DNA of 64,000 nucleotides, from contig CM059433.1 in NCBI GenBank assembly GCA_030390025.1, positions 12,402,001 through 12,466,000 on the forward strand, in the 5' to 3' direction. The translations under genes and the position numbers were made by a program. This document shows, one piece after another, positions 1-11,800 of the stretch. The first letter of the stretch is position 1, and each line of letters opens with the position of its first letter. The notes beneath the pieces are model-generated. The model saw only the letters and a list, made by a program, of their open reading frames with translations. It made no database searches and was not told the origin of the DNA. The stretch comes from Squalus acanthias. Taxonomy: Eukaryota.

Positions 1-547
1 GGGCTAGTTACGCCCCAAGAGGCAGTGTGCCGGTCGCGAAGAGGAGGAAAGTCAGCCGGCGGGGACGTGGGCCCCAGCTGTAGGGTAAGTCTAGGATGGG
101 AGGGGGAGGAGTTCGGAATGGGGGCGAGCAGTGGCTGGCAGTCGCCTGCACTCCTGCTCCTCCAGGCTCTGGATTCAGGTTAGGTAACTTTTTTTTTTGC
201 TGACCTTTTTCTTGGCAACCTCCAACGGTCCCTTTTCAGGACTGCTCGTTTGGCTGCTTTAGGGTCGAGTAAACTTGACTGCAACATGCACGACGCATGC
301 TGTGATCAGTCGCGATCCAATTACCAAAGGGACCTGAACTGGGCGTTAGGCCACTGCCTATGCGAATGGAGGGCCTAACGCTAGTTTCAGGTTGGCACCT
401 GGGATGACTAAGGGATGCCCCTAACCATTTGGGACACTGCGCTCTCTATGGCCCGGCCTGAAATGTGCGCAATCTGCATGGCATATTAAACACTTCAGTG
501 CCCATTTCTAACCCGAAAAACGGAGTGCACGATTCAACTTCCAGGGC
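1..547. mobile_element. Probable right part of a non-autonomous Harbinger-type element (cut by the window edge)
   Basis: GC/CpG-rich stretch with GCGTTA/CTAACGC-type motifs. It ends in AACTTCCAGGGC, which loosely resembles the right TIR (AAATTCAGGGCC) of the MITE at 11801-12572. The left end is not visible. Confidence 0.3.
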
Positions 548-784
548 TGAGTATTTGGAATATTTGACATTGCAAATAGCATCAGAACAAGAGGGTTGTC
601 CAGGATTAGTTAATAAGCTTCAGATATATAAGTGCTATATGCTGCTGGAAGGAGTGTGGGAGGAAAGTATAAAGCTACACTGGAGAGAACCATATAATCT
701 TTGTACCCGCTGCCAAATAGTTTTACACAAATGACATTTCACGTGTTTCAAATTTTAAAATAATAAGTATATATTTAAGAGCTA

Positions 785-1170
785 CATCTAGGAGCCCGAA
801 GTTTGAATCTCAGTTTTAACCAACATTAACACTCAGGAGTGGAGGCTTTGTCAGCTCCCCTGGGCGATGGTAGGGGAACTGCAATTGGCCCCAGCAGTCT
901 TGGGCTAGGCAGAAGAAAAATCAGCCAATTCTGCCCGTTCCTGGTCGTGTCCGGTGACTCCAGCTGTAAACTGCTGCGCGTGGACATCGGTTGAGAATAG
1001 GATCAGACTCTGCTGCGATGCCTCTATAGTTAAATAGCTTGCCAATATTCACTGCCTCGGCGCACTCGTATAAGATTAGCTACACTCGTTGGGCCTGTGT
1101 GGAATCATACTCCAGCGTCAGGCATCACATTCAGCAGAGGAGGGAGGAAAATTGGAGGCTGGGGGGAGAA
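785..1170 (+). repeat. Old unclassified SINE-like interspersed repeat
   Basis: Diverged similarity to 52100-52445 (shared AAATAGCTT(G/A)CCAATATTCA and AGGAT(C/T)(A/G)G(A/G)CTC blocks). B-box-like GTTTGAATCTC near 801. Confidence 0.3.
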
Positions 1171-1774
1171 AGAGATGCAAGTTTCACCAGGTCCACGATG
1201 ATGAACCATGTCAGCCATGTGTTCAGTAAGAATCTAGATTTTTGATTATCAGGCTGGAACATCTCATCTTCGAGAGGGAGCAGGCTTGCACGGCTAAGAG
1301 GGTACGGAAAGAAATAGTGAAAAGCTGGGAGACGGACAAGCCGTTTCTGTTGTTCATTTTATTTCTATTTCTGGATGCTTAGATTTTACTTTTTATTTAA
1401 TTATGTATTGGTAGAAGTTTGAATTGATATAAAAAACACAGAATAAGTCATTGGAGCCTTACCTATTGCTTTTACTAAATGGGATAGCAGCATCCGCAGG
1501 TCACACACCATTAACCGCTTTGTTGTTCTCCATTAGCTCACAGCATCCCCAGTCCAAGCAGCTGTTAGTGTGAGGAAAGTCAATTTTAATATTCACCAAC
1601 AGTACCATTCACTGCACATTGTATTAACTGCAGGACCTTATAGTGCTGAAAACACGCAGCATTAGGAGTAGGAGCAGTTTTTTTGGATAATACTGCAAAA
1701 GCATAAGCTGTCATCTGTGTCTGCTATGTAGACATTTGTTGGTGTGAAGCATCTGTGATCATGATCCCTTAACC

Positions 1775-1990
1775 TAATCTCCCTCCCTCCCTAAACCTCT
1801 CCGCCTCGCCACCCCCTCTCTCCTCCTTTAAGACGCTCCTTGAAACCTACCTCTTTGACCAAGCTTTTGGTCACCTGTGTCCTAATGTCTCCTTCTTTGG
1901 CTCGGTGTCAATTTCTGTCTGATTACGCTCCTGTGAAGCGCTTCGGGGACATTAAAGGCGCTATAGAAATGCAAGTTGCTGTTGTTGTTG
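1775..1990 (+). mobile_element. L2 LINE 3' end fragment
   Basis: Matches the 3' end of the L2 at 34440-36340 (CCTAAACCTCTCCGCCTC...TTTAAGACGCTCCTT...GACCAAGCTTTTGGTCACCTG) and ends in a (GTT)n tail. Confidence 0.75.
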
Positions 1991-2584
1991 TAAGAGGTAT
2001 AAAATACTGGGGGCGTTTTTCATTTCGCCACCGCTCCCTTATTCAGTGCGAATAATTCGGGGGTTGTTTTGTGAGACGAAAAATCTGGAAAAGGAACTTA
2101 CCGCTTACTTGCCGCCGAAGGGCACCCGATGCGATTTTCGAGCAGGCCTCGATTTAAAGGGCCAGAACTCCCACCCAAAACAGAAAGGAGCCTCACTGAA
2201 GTATTTAAGTTGGGACCTAAGACGTGTCTTGGGACCCCAATACAACTCTGGTCCTACCCCGAGCAGAGCGCACGCTCCATGCGCTCCGGCCAGCGGAAAT
2301 GAGCATTCGGCCGCCTAACCAGCGGCCCTCAAAGAGACTGCTGGAGGCCGTTCCGGGAGCCTTGAAGGTAGGTTTTTAAAACCATTATTGGTGAGACCAG
2401 GAGGAGCACGATTCTGCTGGCTTGGCTCTGCAGAGGGACTGCCAGATTTGTCGCAATCCCCCCAACAACCCCTCGGAACGGTGAACTGCCTGTCGGTGCT
2501 CATTTAGCGCTGGCAGACCGCCAATTTTAATGAGACCCAACCACGAAAATGGTGGGCAGGTGGTGCGATTTAAAAAAAATATAC

Positions 2585-2781
2585 ATTTATTCGTTCCGAG
2601 ATGTGGGCGTCGCTGGCAAGGCCAGCATTTATTGCCCATCCCTAATTGCCCTTGAGAAGGTGGTGGTGAGCCTCCTTCTTGAACCGCTGCAGTCCGTGTT
2701 GTGAAGGTGCCCCCACAGTGCTGTTAGGCAGGGAGTTCCAGGATTTTGACCCAGTGACGATGAAGGATCGGCTGATATACT
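2585..2781 (-). mobile_element. 3' end of the CR1/Jockey-group LINE family seen at 37660-40569
   Basis: Reverse complement of GGGCAATAAATGCTGGCCTTGCCAGCGACGCCCACATC plus the upstream KSWNSLPNSTVG-coding segment. Confidence 0.8.
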
Positions 2782-3590
2782 TAACTCGGTTGCCAGATGT
2801 TCACTCAAGACGAAAATATCCTCCACCATCTGCTGTTCACATTCTCGCGCCAAGCTTGATTTACAAGATTTGAACATTGCAGGGTGGAAGAATTCAAATT
2901 TAAACAGTACGGTGCGATTGCTTCAGTTTGCTTGTGGCTAACAGTTACTTTTCAAATTTGAGAGGTTAGATATTCTGGGATATAAATGAAGCAATTCCGT
3001 TTGAATCAAAGAGTCAATCTAAAAATCTCTGAAAGTAAGAACTGGTCAGGTTGAAACTCCTGAAAGATAGAAAAAATGATTTGAAATCTCCAAGAAACAG
3101 TTCACATTAATAGAGGCTCGCACAATGATAAGGACTAAAAGCAAAAGAATCACTATATATCTCGACATTTATTTTTCAAAGGTTTAGCTCAGTTTTTAGA
3201 GTTGTGATTTTTCTATGATTTTGACCACTTTGAGGAGCTCGTTAATAAACTTGCTACCGTAAGCAGATAATAGTATTATATCACTGTTGGATTATTGCTT
3301 GTTTAATACATTTGCTTAATATTTCAAACTTAAAAGCAAGGTCGGGTGTGTTGCTCTACAGCACTTGAAGATTTGAGTGAGATATTATGCAGACATCGCG
3401 TAAATTCTAGTAGCTTGAAAAATAAGCCAGCCAGGGTTTGCCGTTTGCGATGCTGGACACATTACTGGAGGTTTGCTGAATCTCAGGGGTAGTATTCACC
3501 TTGGCAGTAAATTGGTGGAGCGGATGGAGCGTCCATGTCTAGGGAAGTACTGGCTCCCTCAATTTGGCTTACTTGACCCATCTTACATTA

Positions 3591-4096
3591 ATGAGAAGTC
3601 GCACAACACCAGGTTATAGTCCAACAGTTTTATTTGAAATTACGAGCTTTCGGAGCTCTGCTCCTTCGTCAGGTACAGTGAGGGAATACAAATCGATTAC
3701 ACAGTATATATAGACAGAGAACAATGTGTCTGCAGAGATACAATCCATCAGGGAGGCATTACATCAAAGACACAGCAGAGTACAGCTAAGACAATGAGGT
3801 GGGTCCACAGGGGGTCCAACGTGTCAAATGCTGCAGTCTGCAGTTAAGCTTTTTACTTTTTTTTTAAAACTGGAAATTACATCTGTGAACCAGACAACGA
3901 CGTCGAGTCACGTCCTGTAGCGTGACATGAAACCGAGATCCCGGTTGAGGCCGTCCTCATGGGTGCGGAACTTGGCTATCAGTTTCTGCTCGATGATTTT
4001 GCGTTGTCGTGTGTCTCGAAGGCCGCCTTGGAGAACGCTAACCCGCAGATCTGAGGCTGAATGTCCTTGACTGCTGAAGTGTTCCCCGACTGGGAA
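3591..4096 (-). mobile_element. 5'-truncated Penelope-like retroelement (GIY-YIG C-terminus plus pLTR/3' UTR)
   Basis: Minus strand 4095-3908 reads PVGEHFSSQGHSASDLRVSVLQGGLRDTRQRKIIEQKLIAKFRTHEDGLNRDLGFMSRYRT*, a typical PLE GIY-YIG C-terminus with the GLN motif. Flanked by the 9-bp direct repeat CTTACATTA (3582-3590, 4097-4105). Confidence 0.85.
3641..3675 (-). ncRNA. Minimal type-I hammerhead ribozyme motif in Penelope pLTR
   Basis: Minus strand: TAC-CTGACGA-A-GGAGC-AGA-GCTCC-GAAA-GC-TC-GTA. It has a CUGAnGA/GAAA core, a 5-bp stem II, stem I TAC/GTA and a CUC triplet. Confidence 0.7.
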
Positions 4097-4323
4097 CTTA
4101 CATTAGCCAGCCCAAATTATATTAACATTAACATATAAACTACTAAGTGAGTGAGTTAAACTTTTCTTTCCAAAGTCATCAAAGACGAATTCAGGCCATG
4201 AAATCATGAACTAATATTTTTTTTAACACACTTGTAAAAGCACAATCTTAATGCTCACGCGACTTAGATAATGGACCAAATGTTACTCGAGTGGCGTACC
4301 TCGTGGTGTTAGACTCTTTCTTG

Positions 4324-4660
4324 CAACTCGCCAAGGCTTCTTCGGCAGCACCTCCCAAACCCGCGACCTCTTCCACCTACAAGGACAAGGGCAGCAGATG
4401 CATGGGAACACCACCACCTCCAAGTTCCCCTCCAAGTCACACATCATCCTGACTTGGATGTATATCGCCGATCCTTCATCGTCGCTGGGTCAAAATCCCG
4501 GAACTCCCTCCCTAACAGCACTGTGGGAGCACCTTCACCACACGGACTGCAGCGGTCAAGAAGGCGTCTCACCACCACCTTCTCAAGGGCAACTAGGGAT
4601 GGGCAATAAATGCTGGCCTTGCCAGCGACGCCCAGATCCCATAAACGAATAAAAAAAAAG
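4324..4660 (+). mobile_element. 3' end of CR1/Jockey-group LINE
   Basis: Matches 40231-40560 and ends in an A-rich tail. Confidence 0.85.
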
Positions 4661-6008
4661 CTCGAGTATAATTTTGTATTGTAATTTGCTGGAAGTGCGA
4701 GCTGATAACAATGTGACAAGGGCAACGTCTGGGACCTCAGTGAATGACGGGACGAACAGGCTATCTCCTTAAGGATTGAAAAAAGAAAGAGGAATGATGG
4801 CAAAGGAAGGTGAATTCAATGTCAAATCAGGTACAGAAAGAGAAATAAAGAGAGGGAAAGAAAGACTGGACTAAGAGACAGAGAAAAAGAGACAGAAAGG
4901 AAAAGTAAGAAAAAAATTTAAAATTAGAATTTTTTAAACTCTCTAAGAATAATTTACTACATGCAGGAATGAGACTAAACAGTTTAAATTGTTCTCTTTC
5001 TGGGCTGGAGAGGTTGATTGGCATCGCATTAACAATTATCATGTTGTTAAAAGGGTACTTATGCTGTTAAGTATGAGCCCTAATTTTCTGTGGAGAGTTT
5101 AATGGGCAATTAATGTGCAAATTCAGCAAGTTCTTAAAAATAACTGTGAGGTTGAAGGCGAGCTGCTGTTTGTGCAAAACAAATGACGGAGTGGTATAAA
5201 TCGACCAGCAAGTTATGGAGAGTTGCAGCTCCTGCAGCATCTCTTCCTCCCCTGAACTTGCTGGCCGATTTGTGCATTCATCACGGCATGCGTTGTGAAC
5301 TCGTTGTTATTTTTCCAGGAAGATTTGACTCATTGTTATCTGATGGAATTAATATCTTAGGTTACAAAGGCAGTTCAAGTTTAATCACAGTAACTCAGCA
5401 TCAGCTGGGCTCCACTTATTACAAGTTGATATTATGCCCACTGTCCAAGATCGACATAAAGTCAGCAAGATTAGTTTAGATTAAGGCTCCCTGTATAGCT
5501 GGTAGGTTAACAGCTTTGAAAGGCTAGACTATTGGATATAGTCCATTGGATATATCTTAAAAATCTAATTGGTTTAGCTTATTGCTGATAAGCCTGCAGT
5601 TTTGGCAAAGATTTATGAATGTTATACAGCCTCGTCCTTCTGAGTCAGTGTCGTAGGGTTGATGGTCTCACCTCTTTCTGGGATATTCAGGTCTACCTCT
5701 GGGTTATCATCATAAGAGTTCAGCCTTCTTCCAATGTCTGTTCTCTCTTGGTAGCATTAATGTTATTTCTATTCCCTGGAACTTAACTCTTATGTACAAG
5801 TGACACGCTGAATTATTTGCCATCTCTGGCTACTCGAGCTGTTTAAGTCTTTCTGAACTCGCATAACCTCTCTCTCTTAAAAGCTTTCTATACCAGGAGA
5901 TTACATGGCTGCTGGAGGGGAGTGGCTGTCTAATCATGATGCTTCAGGCATCATGACTGTGTGGGACAGGGTTGATGGACCAAATGGTCTTTTCCTGCCC
6001 ATCATTTT

Positions 6009-6362
6009 CACGGTGGCATAGTGGTTAGCACTGTTGCCTCACAGCGCCAGGGACCCGGGTTCGAATCCAGCCTCGGGTGACTGTCTGTGTGGAGTTTGCA
6101 CATTCTCCCCGTGTCTGCGTGGGTTTCCTCCGGGTGCTCCGGTTTCCTCCCACAGTCCAAAGATGTGCGGGTTAGGTTGATTTGGCTATGATAAATTGAC
6201 CCTTAGTGTTAGGGGGGATTAAATACGTGGGGTTACGGGGATAGGGTGGGATATGTTAAGGGGGATTAAATACGTGGGGTTACGGGGATAGGGTGGGATA
6301 TGTGTCGGTGCAGGCTTGATGGGCCAAAATGGCCTCTATCTGTACTGTGGGGATTCTGTGAT
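6009..6362 (+). mobile_element. Full-length tRNA-derived V-SINE (HE1-like)
   Basis: A box TGGCATAGTGG, B box GGTTCGAATCC and V-domain GGTTTCCTCCGGGTGCTCCGGTTTCCTCCCACAGTCCAAAG. Contains a 47-bp tandem duplication (starts 6208 and 6255) and a CR1-like tail GATGGGCCAAAATGGCCTC. Confidence 0.9.
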
Positions 6363-6436
6363 ATGCTTGTATGTATCAATCTTTTCTCTGGCTTCTCTGT
6401 TCGACTTCTCGTTCATCCTTTACGTCAAAAACACCA

Positions 6437-7075
6437 GGGGATAAATTGTATAAGGCTTGAAAATGGGCACAGGGATTGCAATGCGCGATTAACCCACGAC
6501 TGTTCATTGGCTGTATGCATCAGCGGGGGTCCAATATCGTGAGTGCCTAGCGCTACTTAAAGCCAGCCTGCACCTCTTAAAGGGGAGGTGCATTGTGGCT
6601 GCTGGAGGTGGTGAGATCATTCTGAATATTGTACTGTGGAAGAATCAACAATGGCTGACCATGGGAGAGAGCTGCACCAAGGTTTTCAGACACTGCACTG
6701 AAGGTCTTGGTGGAAGAAACGGAACAAAGGAGAGATGTTCTGTATCCACAGGGGGCAGGAGGCCATTCAGACACATGCTCAGGAGGCAGTGGGAAGAAAT
6801 AGCGGGGGAGGTCATTGCCAGGAGTATAGCTGCAAGAACCTGGATGCAGTGCAGGAAGAGGTTTAACGATCTCACACGAGTTTATCTTCAAATGACATAT
6901 CCTACCAACTGCACCACTAGCCTCATCCACTGCTCAATTCACTACACCCCCATCACCCACTGACCAACAATCTCCATCAATCAAGACTCAACCCTACCAT
7001 TCATGTGCTTTACCTGCCCCTCACACAATTAGCACTGTTGCAAGCCTCACAACCACAACTCACAGCTGGCACGGA
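6437..7075 (+). mobile_element. Decayed Harbinger left arm with Myb/SANT exon 1 relic
   Basis: Starts with TIR-like GGGGATAAATTG. Frameshifted exon encodes LRRQWEEIAGEVIARSIAARTWMQCRKRFNDLTR, homologous to exon 1 of the intact gene at 42718. Confidence 0.8.
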
Positions 7076-7546
7076 TTCTGTTATTTATTGATTGACAATA
7101 CCTTAGACATGCTCATGACAAGCACTTATAAATGAGCATTTTTTAAAATCGTTTGAGGAAAAACAGATTGGTCCATTCATTTTAAACATTTTACTTTGTC
7201 TGGACTTCAAATAATTGTGGTAAATCAATCCAGATAAGGATTAAGTCATTCCCAGGTCTTGTTGTGAAAACTCTACTCATTTTGTCTGGCTTTAAATAAC
7301 GGCATAGCACAGTATCCCAGGCACTCTTTATGTTAATATAACCTTCCAATCAAACTTGTCAAATCTGGGTGTGGCTAGCCAGCTGCTAACTGTAAAAAAT
7401 CCATTGCCCTCATGGTGCTGTCTTGAAGTACCTAACGATTTCTCAAAATCTAGCGAACACTATTTGTAGGGCACCATTGGGCATTTTTAAGGGACTTTAA
7501 CTACACTAACAAGATGTCACTGATACCAACCTACAAGAGGCACTTC

Positions 7547-7885
7547 AGCAACTCGCCAAGGCTTCTTTGGCAGCACCTCCCAAACCCGCGACCTCTTCCA
7601 ACTAGAAGGACAAGGGCAGCAGGCGCATGGGAACACCACCACCTCCAAGTTCCCCTCCAAGTCACACACCATCCTGACTTAGAAGTATATTGGCCGTTCC
7701 TTCATCGTCGCTGGGTCAAAATCCTGGAACTCCCTCCCTAACAGCACTATGGGAGTACCTTCACCACACGGACTGCAGCGGTTCAAGAAGGCGGCTCACC
7801 ACCACCTTCTCAAGGGCAATTAGGGATGGGCAATAAATGCTGGCCTTGCCAGCGACGCCCAGATCCCATAAATTAATAAAAAAGA
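7547..7885 (+). mobile_element. 3' end of CR1/Jockey-group LINE
   Basis: Matches 40229-40560 and ends in an A-rich tail. Confidence 0.85.
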
Positions 7886-8279
7886 AACAAATTTCCACCC
7901 TCAATATAGCAAAGCTTAGAATTTGGACAACAATAATCAGATTGTAATAGTCATAGTGAACTTTAGTCACTTTTTGCCAAGATCATTATTTTCCAATAAC
8001 ACAGTGGGATTTATTTTATTTTATTAATGACCTAAGTCAGATGAACTAGTGCACATTCTAAAATATTTATGCATAAGCGTACGCTATAATGTTGGAAAAA
8101 GTGCAAATAACGTCAAAAGTCACAATTATCTGGAGGAACCATGTCCCCGGACACCGCTCGAAAACAAATCATGCGCCCTCAGCGTTCACATTCTCCATCA
8201 GAAATTTGTAGATTTACAACTGGACAAAAATGAAGAATATAGCAGTGTTTTTATCGCCATAGCATGGGTGCAGCAACCG

Positions 8280-8600
8280 TTGCCAGTTTATTCATAATGC
8301 AGTGGGAGCTTGAGAAAAGAACAGCGTGGGAGCACAAAGGCCAGACCAGGCAATGCTACTCACTAAATCAGGCTGCTGTTGTACCACAACAGACACAGCT
8401 ACCTGGACCTCATTGAGTCCCAGTACATCATGAGGCTCAGGCATAGTCACGCTGTGATGCAAGTGTGTAATCTGGTCAATGATGACTGGAAGGGACATTC
8501 AACCATCCTAATTGCACCACCAATGGCAGTGCCCACAACTGTTATGTCACAGGGACTTTCTATTCTATGTGCAATGACAAGACATATCTCCAAATTTAGC
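8280..8600 (+). pseudogene. Highly decayed Harbinger transposase N-terminal relic
   Basis: RHSYLDLIESQYIMRLRHSHAVMQVCNLV aligns with EQLSYIHMSEELCLRRLRFSKEVVTELCHLL of the intact transposase. Confidence 0.5.
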
Positions 8601-8611
8601 CACTTTTTATG

Positions 8612-9335
8612 TATAGAAGCATAGAAGGTAGGAGCAGGAGTAGGCCATTCGGCCCCTCGAGCCTGCTCCGCCATTTAATGAGATCATGGCTGATCATCCA
8701 AATTCAGTACCCTGTCCCTGCTTTCTCCCCATATCCCTTGATCCCTTTAGCCTTAAGAAATATATCTAACTCCTTCTTGAATATATTTAATGAATTGGCC
8801 TCAACTGCCTTCTGTGGTAGTGAATTCCACAGGTTCCCCACTCTCTGGGTGAAGAAATTCCTCCTCATCTCAGTCCTAAATGGCTTACCCCTTATCCTTA
8901 GACTGTGACCTCTGTTTCTGGACTCCCCCGCCATCGGGAACATCCTTCCTGCATCTAGTCTGTCTAGTCCTGTTAGAATTTTATAAGTTTCAATGAGATC
9001 CCCTCTCATTCTTCTAAACTCTAGCGAATATAAGCCTAATCGACCCAATCTCTCTTCATACATCATTCCTGCCATCCCACGTATCAGTCTGGTGAATCTT
9101 CGCTGCGCTCCCTCCATGGCAAGAACATCCTTCCTCAGATAAGGCGACCAAAACTGCACACAATACTCAAGGTGTGGTCTCACCAAGGCCTTGTACAACT
9201 GCAGCAAGACATTCTTGCTCCTGTACTCGAACCCTCTCGCTATGAAGGCCAACATACCATTTGCCTTCTTAACCGCCTGCTGCACCTGCATGCTTACCTT
9301 CAGTGACTGGTGCACAAGGACACCCAGGTCTCGTA
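8612..9335 (-). mobile_element. Young 5'-truncated CR1 LINE (ORF2 C-terminus, 3' UTR, tail)
   Basis: Uninterrupted 203-aa ORF 8704-9315 ([19 protein letters not shown]...FFTQRVGNLWNSLP), then a 3' UTR hairpin and a CATAGAAG-type tail. Confidence 0.93.
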
Positions 9336-9429
9336 CCTTGCCTTAAGGAGATATCTGAATCTCTGCCTTGTTATGTACCCACTGCACAATTCAGCAAGAA
9401 CCAGCAGTAGTCCAGCCACTGCATGCAAG

Positions 9430-9875
9430 GTGTCAGCAATGGCTCTGTGGCCATACTCTTGCCTGAGTCAGAAGGTTGTGGGTTCAAACCCCACTCCAGA
9501 GACTTGAGCACTTTCTCCAGGCTGGCACTTCAGTGCAGTACTGTGTGAGTGTTGTACTGTCAGAGCTGTTGTCTTTTGGATGAGCTATTAAACCAGGTGG
9601 GCGTAAAAGATCCCATGGCACTATTCGAAGAAGAGCAGGGGAGTTCTCCAGATGTCCGAGCCGACACTTATCCTTTAACCAACACCTAAAACAGATGATC
9701 TGGTAATTTATCTCATTGCAGTTTGTGGGAGCTTGTTGTGCTCAATTTGGCCACCTCATTTCCGACATTACACCAGTAACTACACTTGAAAAGTACTTAA
9801 AGACTGTAAAGCGCTCTGGGATGTTCTGAGGTTGTGAATGGTGCTATATAAATGCGAGTCCTTTGCTTTCTTTAT
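9430..9875 (+). mobile_element. tRNA-headed SINE with L2-like tail (Deu/SacSINE1-like)
   Basis: Head TGAGTCAGAAGGTTGTGGGTTCAAACCCCACTCCAGAGACTTGAGC, central GAAGAAGAGCAGGGGAGTTCTCC and tail GGTGCTATATAAATGC. Homologous copies at 18233, 26151 and 54048. Confidence 0.75.
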
Positions 9876-10619
9876 AGGTGCACAAACATCTCATTGCCCA
9901 GATTTAGCAATGCGCTTTGCCTATTGGACATATTTTAAAACATGGAACTGCTAATTGCGTTACCTGTTGAGTTGTTCCTAAGAGGTGTGTCTAAGATGTG
10001 CATATGTTTGGCTTTGTTTACATTTAAAATGAATAGACTTCGTGTTTTTCACAATAAAGGATGTTTTCAAATTTGTATTTAGTGAATAAATGTATGCATG
10101 TGGTGTGAATCTTCATTGTGTTCTTCTAAGGTGTTTTAAATTATCCATTGTGATTCATTTAAACTTTTACATATTGTTTGCTCATATTTCTTACCGCTAA
10201 GTGCCCTCCTTGGTGAAGAGTAGCAATGGTGGTTGACTACGAAGCAATTGATTGAAATCTTTACCATTGACAAGTTGCCTGTGATACAGAATGATTACTA
10301 CCTACATGTGCAACAATCCTGATGTATTTTCCCCATGCTGTAGTCTCTGGGGTCTCAACACCTTCAGATACAGTGGCTGCAGTCACTCGTGAAGGGCACT
10401 GTAATGGTCCAGAACTGCAGCTGGCATTACAACCATAAGATGTTCCTGCCTTTCTCCACTGCATGTCACTGCAAGAGACTATCTTTGCATGAAGCCCAGT
10501 GACCTGACTGAAGTATAGAAGAGCGAGGCTTTGTGTTGTAGTTCAATCTATCCCTGATGGTTGGCTAAAGCCTTCACCTCCCCCCAACGCCCCCCATACA
10601 CCTGCCCTTGGGAATTATC

Positions 10620-10921
10620 TACCCGAATTTCTCATTTTGCCGCTTGTGCATCCCTGATTTCCTTCGCCCCCCTCCATTGGCGGCCGTGCCTTGAGCTGTC
10701 TGGGCCCTAAGCTCTGGGATTCCCTCCCTAAACCTCTCCGCCTCTCTACCTCTCCTCCTTTAAGACGCTCCTTAAAACCTACCTCTTTGAACTAGCTTTG
10801 GGTCAAATATCCGAATATTTCATTATGTGGCTCGGTGTCAAATTTTGTCTAATAACGTTCCTGACGTTTTACTATGTTAAAGGCGCTATATAAATGCAAA
10901 TGGTGGTTGTTGTTGTTGTTG
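10620..10921 (+). mobile_element. L2 LINE 3' end fragment
   Basis: Matches 36050-36340 and ends in a (GTT)n tail. Confidence 0.8.
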
Positions 10922-11800
10922 CTTCTCTTTCCACTTTCAAAGGTCTCCAAGATTTGACATGGAATGGTGATTCTGACAGTAGAAGATAGAAGTGGGAAAG
11001 TGTTGCATTCCGAATAACTCACTGTGATGAGCACAAAACTTGCCAAAAACAAGCTCGTCAAGTCTTTAAAGCGGCACTAAACCAATCATGTCATATAGAC
11101 TATTCATTTTTGTTAATCTAATGATTTCATAAAAGTTTCCTTTGTGAATTAGCTTTGCTATTACCTCTGTGCAGTAGGAAATCAATATAAGTCGAAAATA
11201 AAACTTGAATCTATTTTTTGATTGTTGCTGTCATGGAAGTCATCAGCTATTTCAACTTACTTTTGTTTGTATTAATTTAACACTTCACTGAGCTTCTTTC
11301 ACGAAGGTGAGATATTAGAGCTGTTATCAGCCTCAATTACACTTATACTTAGAGATAGGTGCAGTTTCGTAATGAGAATTTTCAGACTTCATAAAAATTT
11401 GCCATGCAAAATAATTTATTTTATTGTCCACGCTTTGCAGTGATCTGTGGGACACTGGGGAAGTTTTCGGAATGTTCACCCCTGAAGGTCACTTTGCGTT
11501 ACATTAAGGCAATTGATCTTCCCATTTTCTCACTCTCTGTAGCATCCACAAGCCATCTGTATTCACAGTTCCATCATCAGTAGCAGCTTAGATTCATACT
11601 GCTCCTATCACCAGGAGGGAGAGATTCTGCATACAGGAATACTGCATTTGCTTGGGGTTGTGAATTTACGAGTTGTTGTTCTAGGATTAAGTCCACTAAT
11701 TTTGACAGGGATTGTGAAAGCAGTTGTGTATGTCAAATCCGCGTTTGTGTAAAATGAAAATTTTGGACCGAACTGGAGCACGTCACTTGACTGAAACAAT

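Noticed and set aside
2009..2557. GC-rich MITE-like stretch (similar ones at about 4680-5325 and 12660-12900)
   Set aside because: Probably old non-autonomous DNA elements, but I could not match TIR pairs or TSDs, so they are not annotated.
6009..6075. tRNA gene
   Set aside because: The A/B boxes run directly into the V-SINE core, so this is a SINE head. The same applies to the heads near 9440, 26600, 54030 and 54450.
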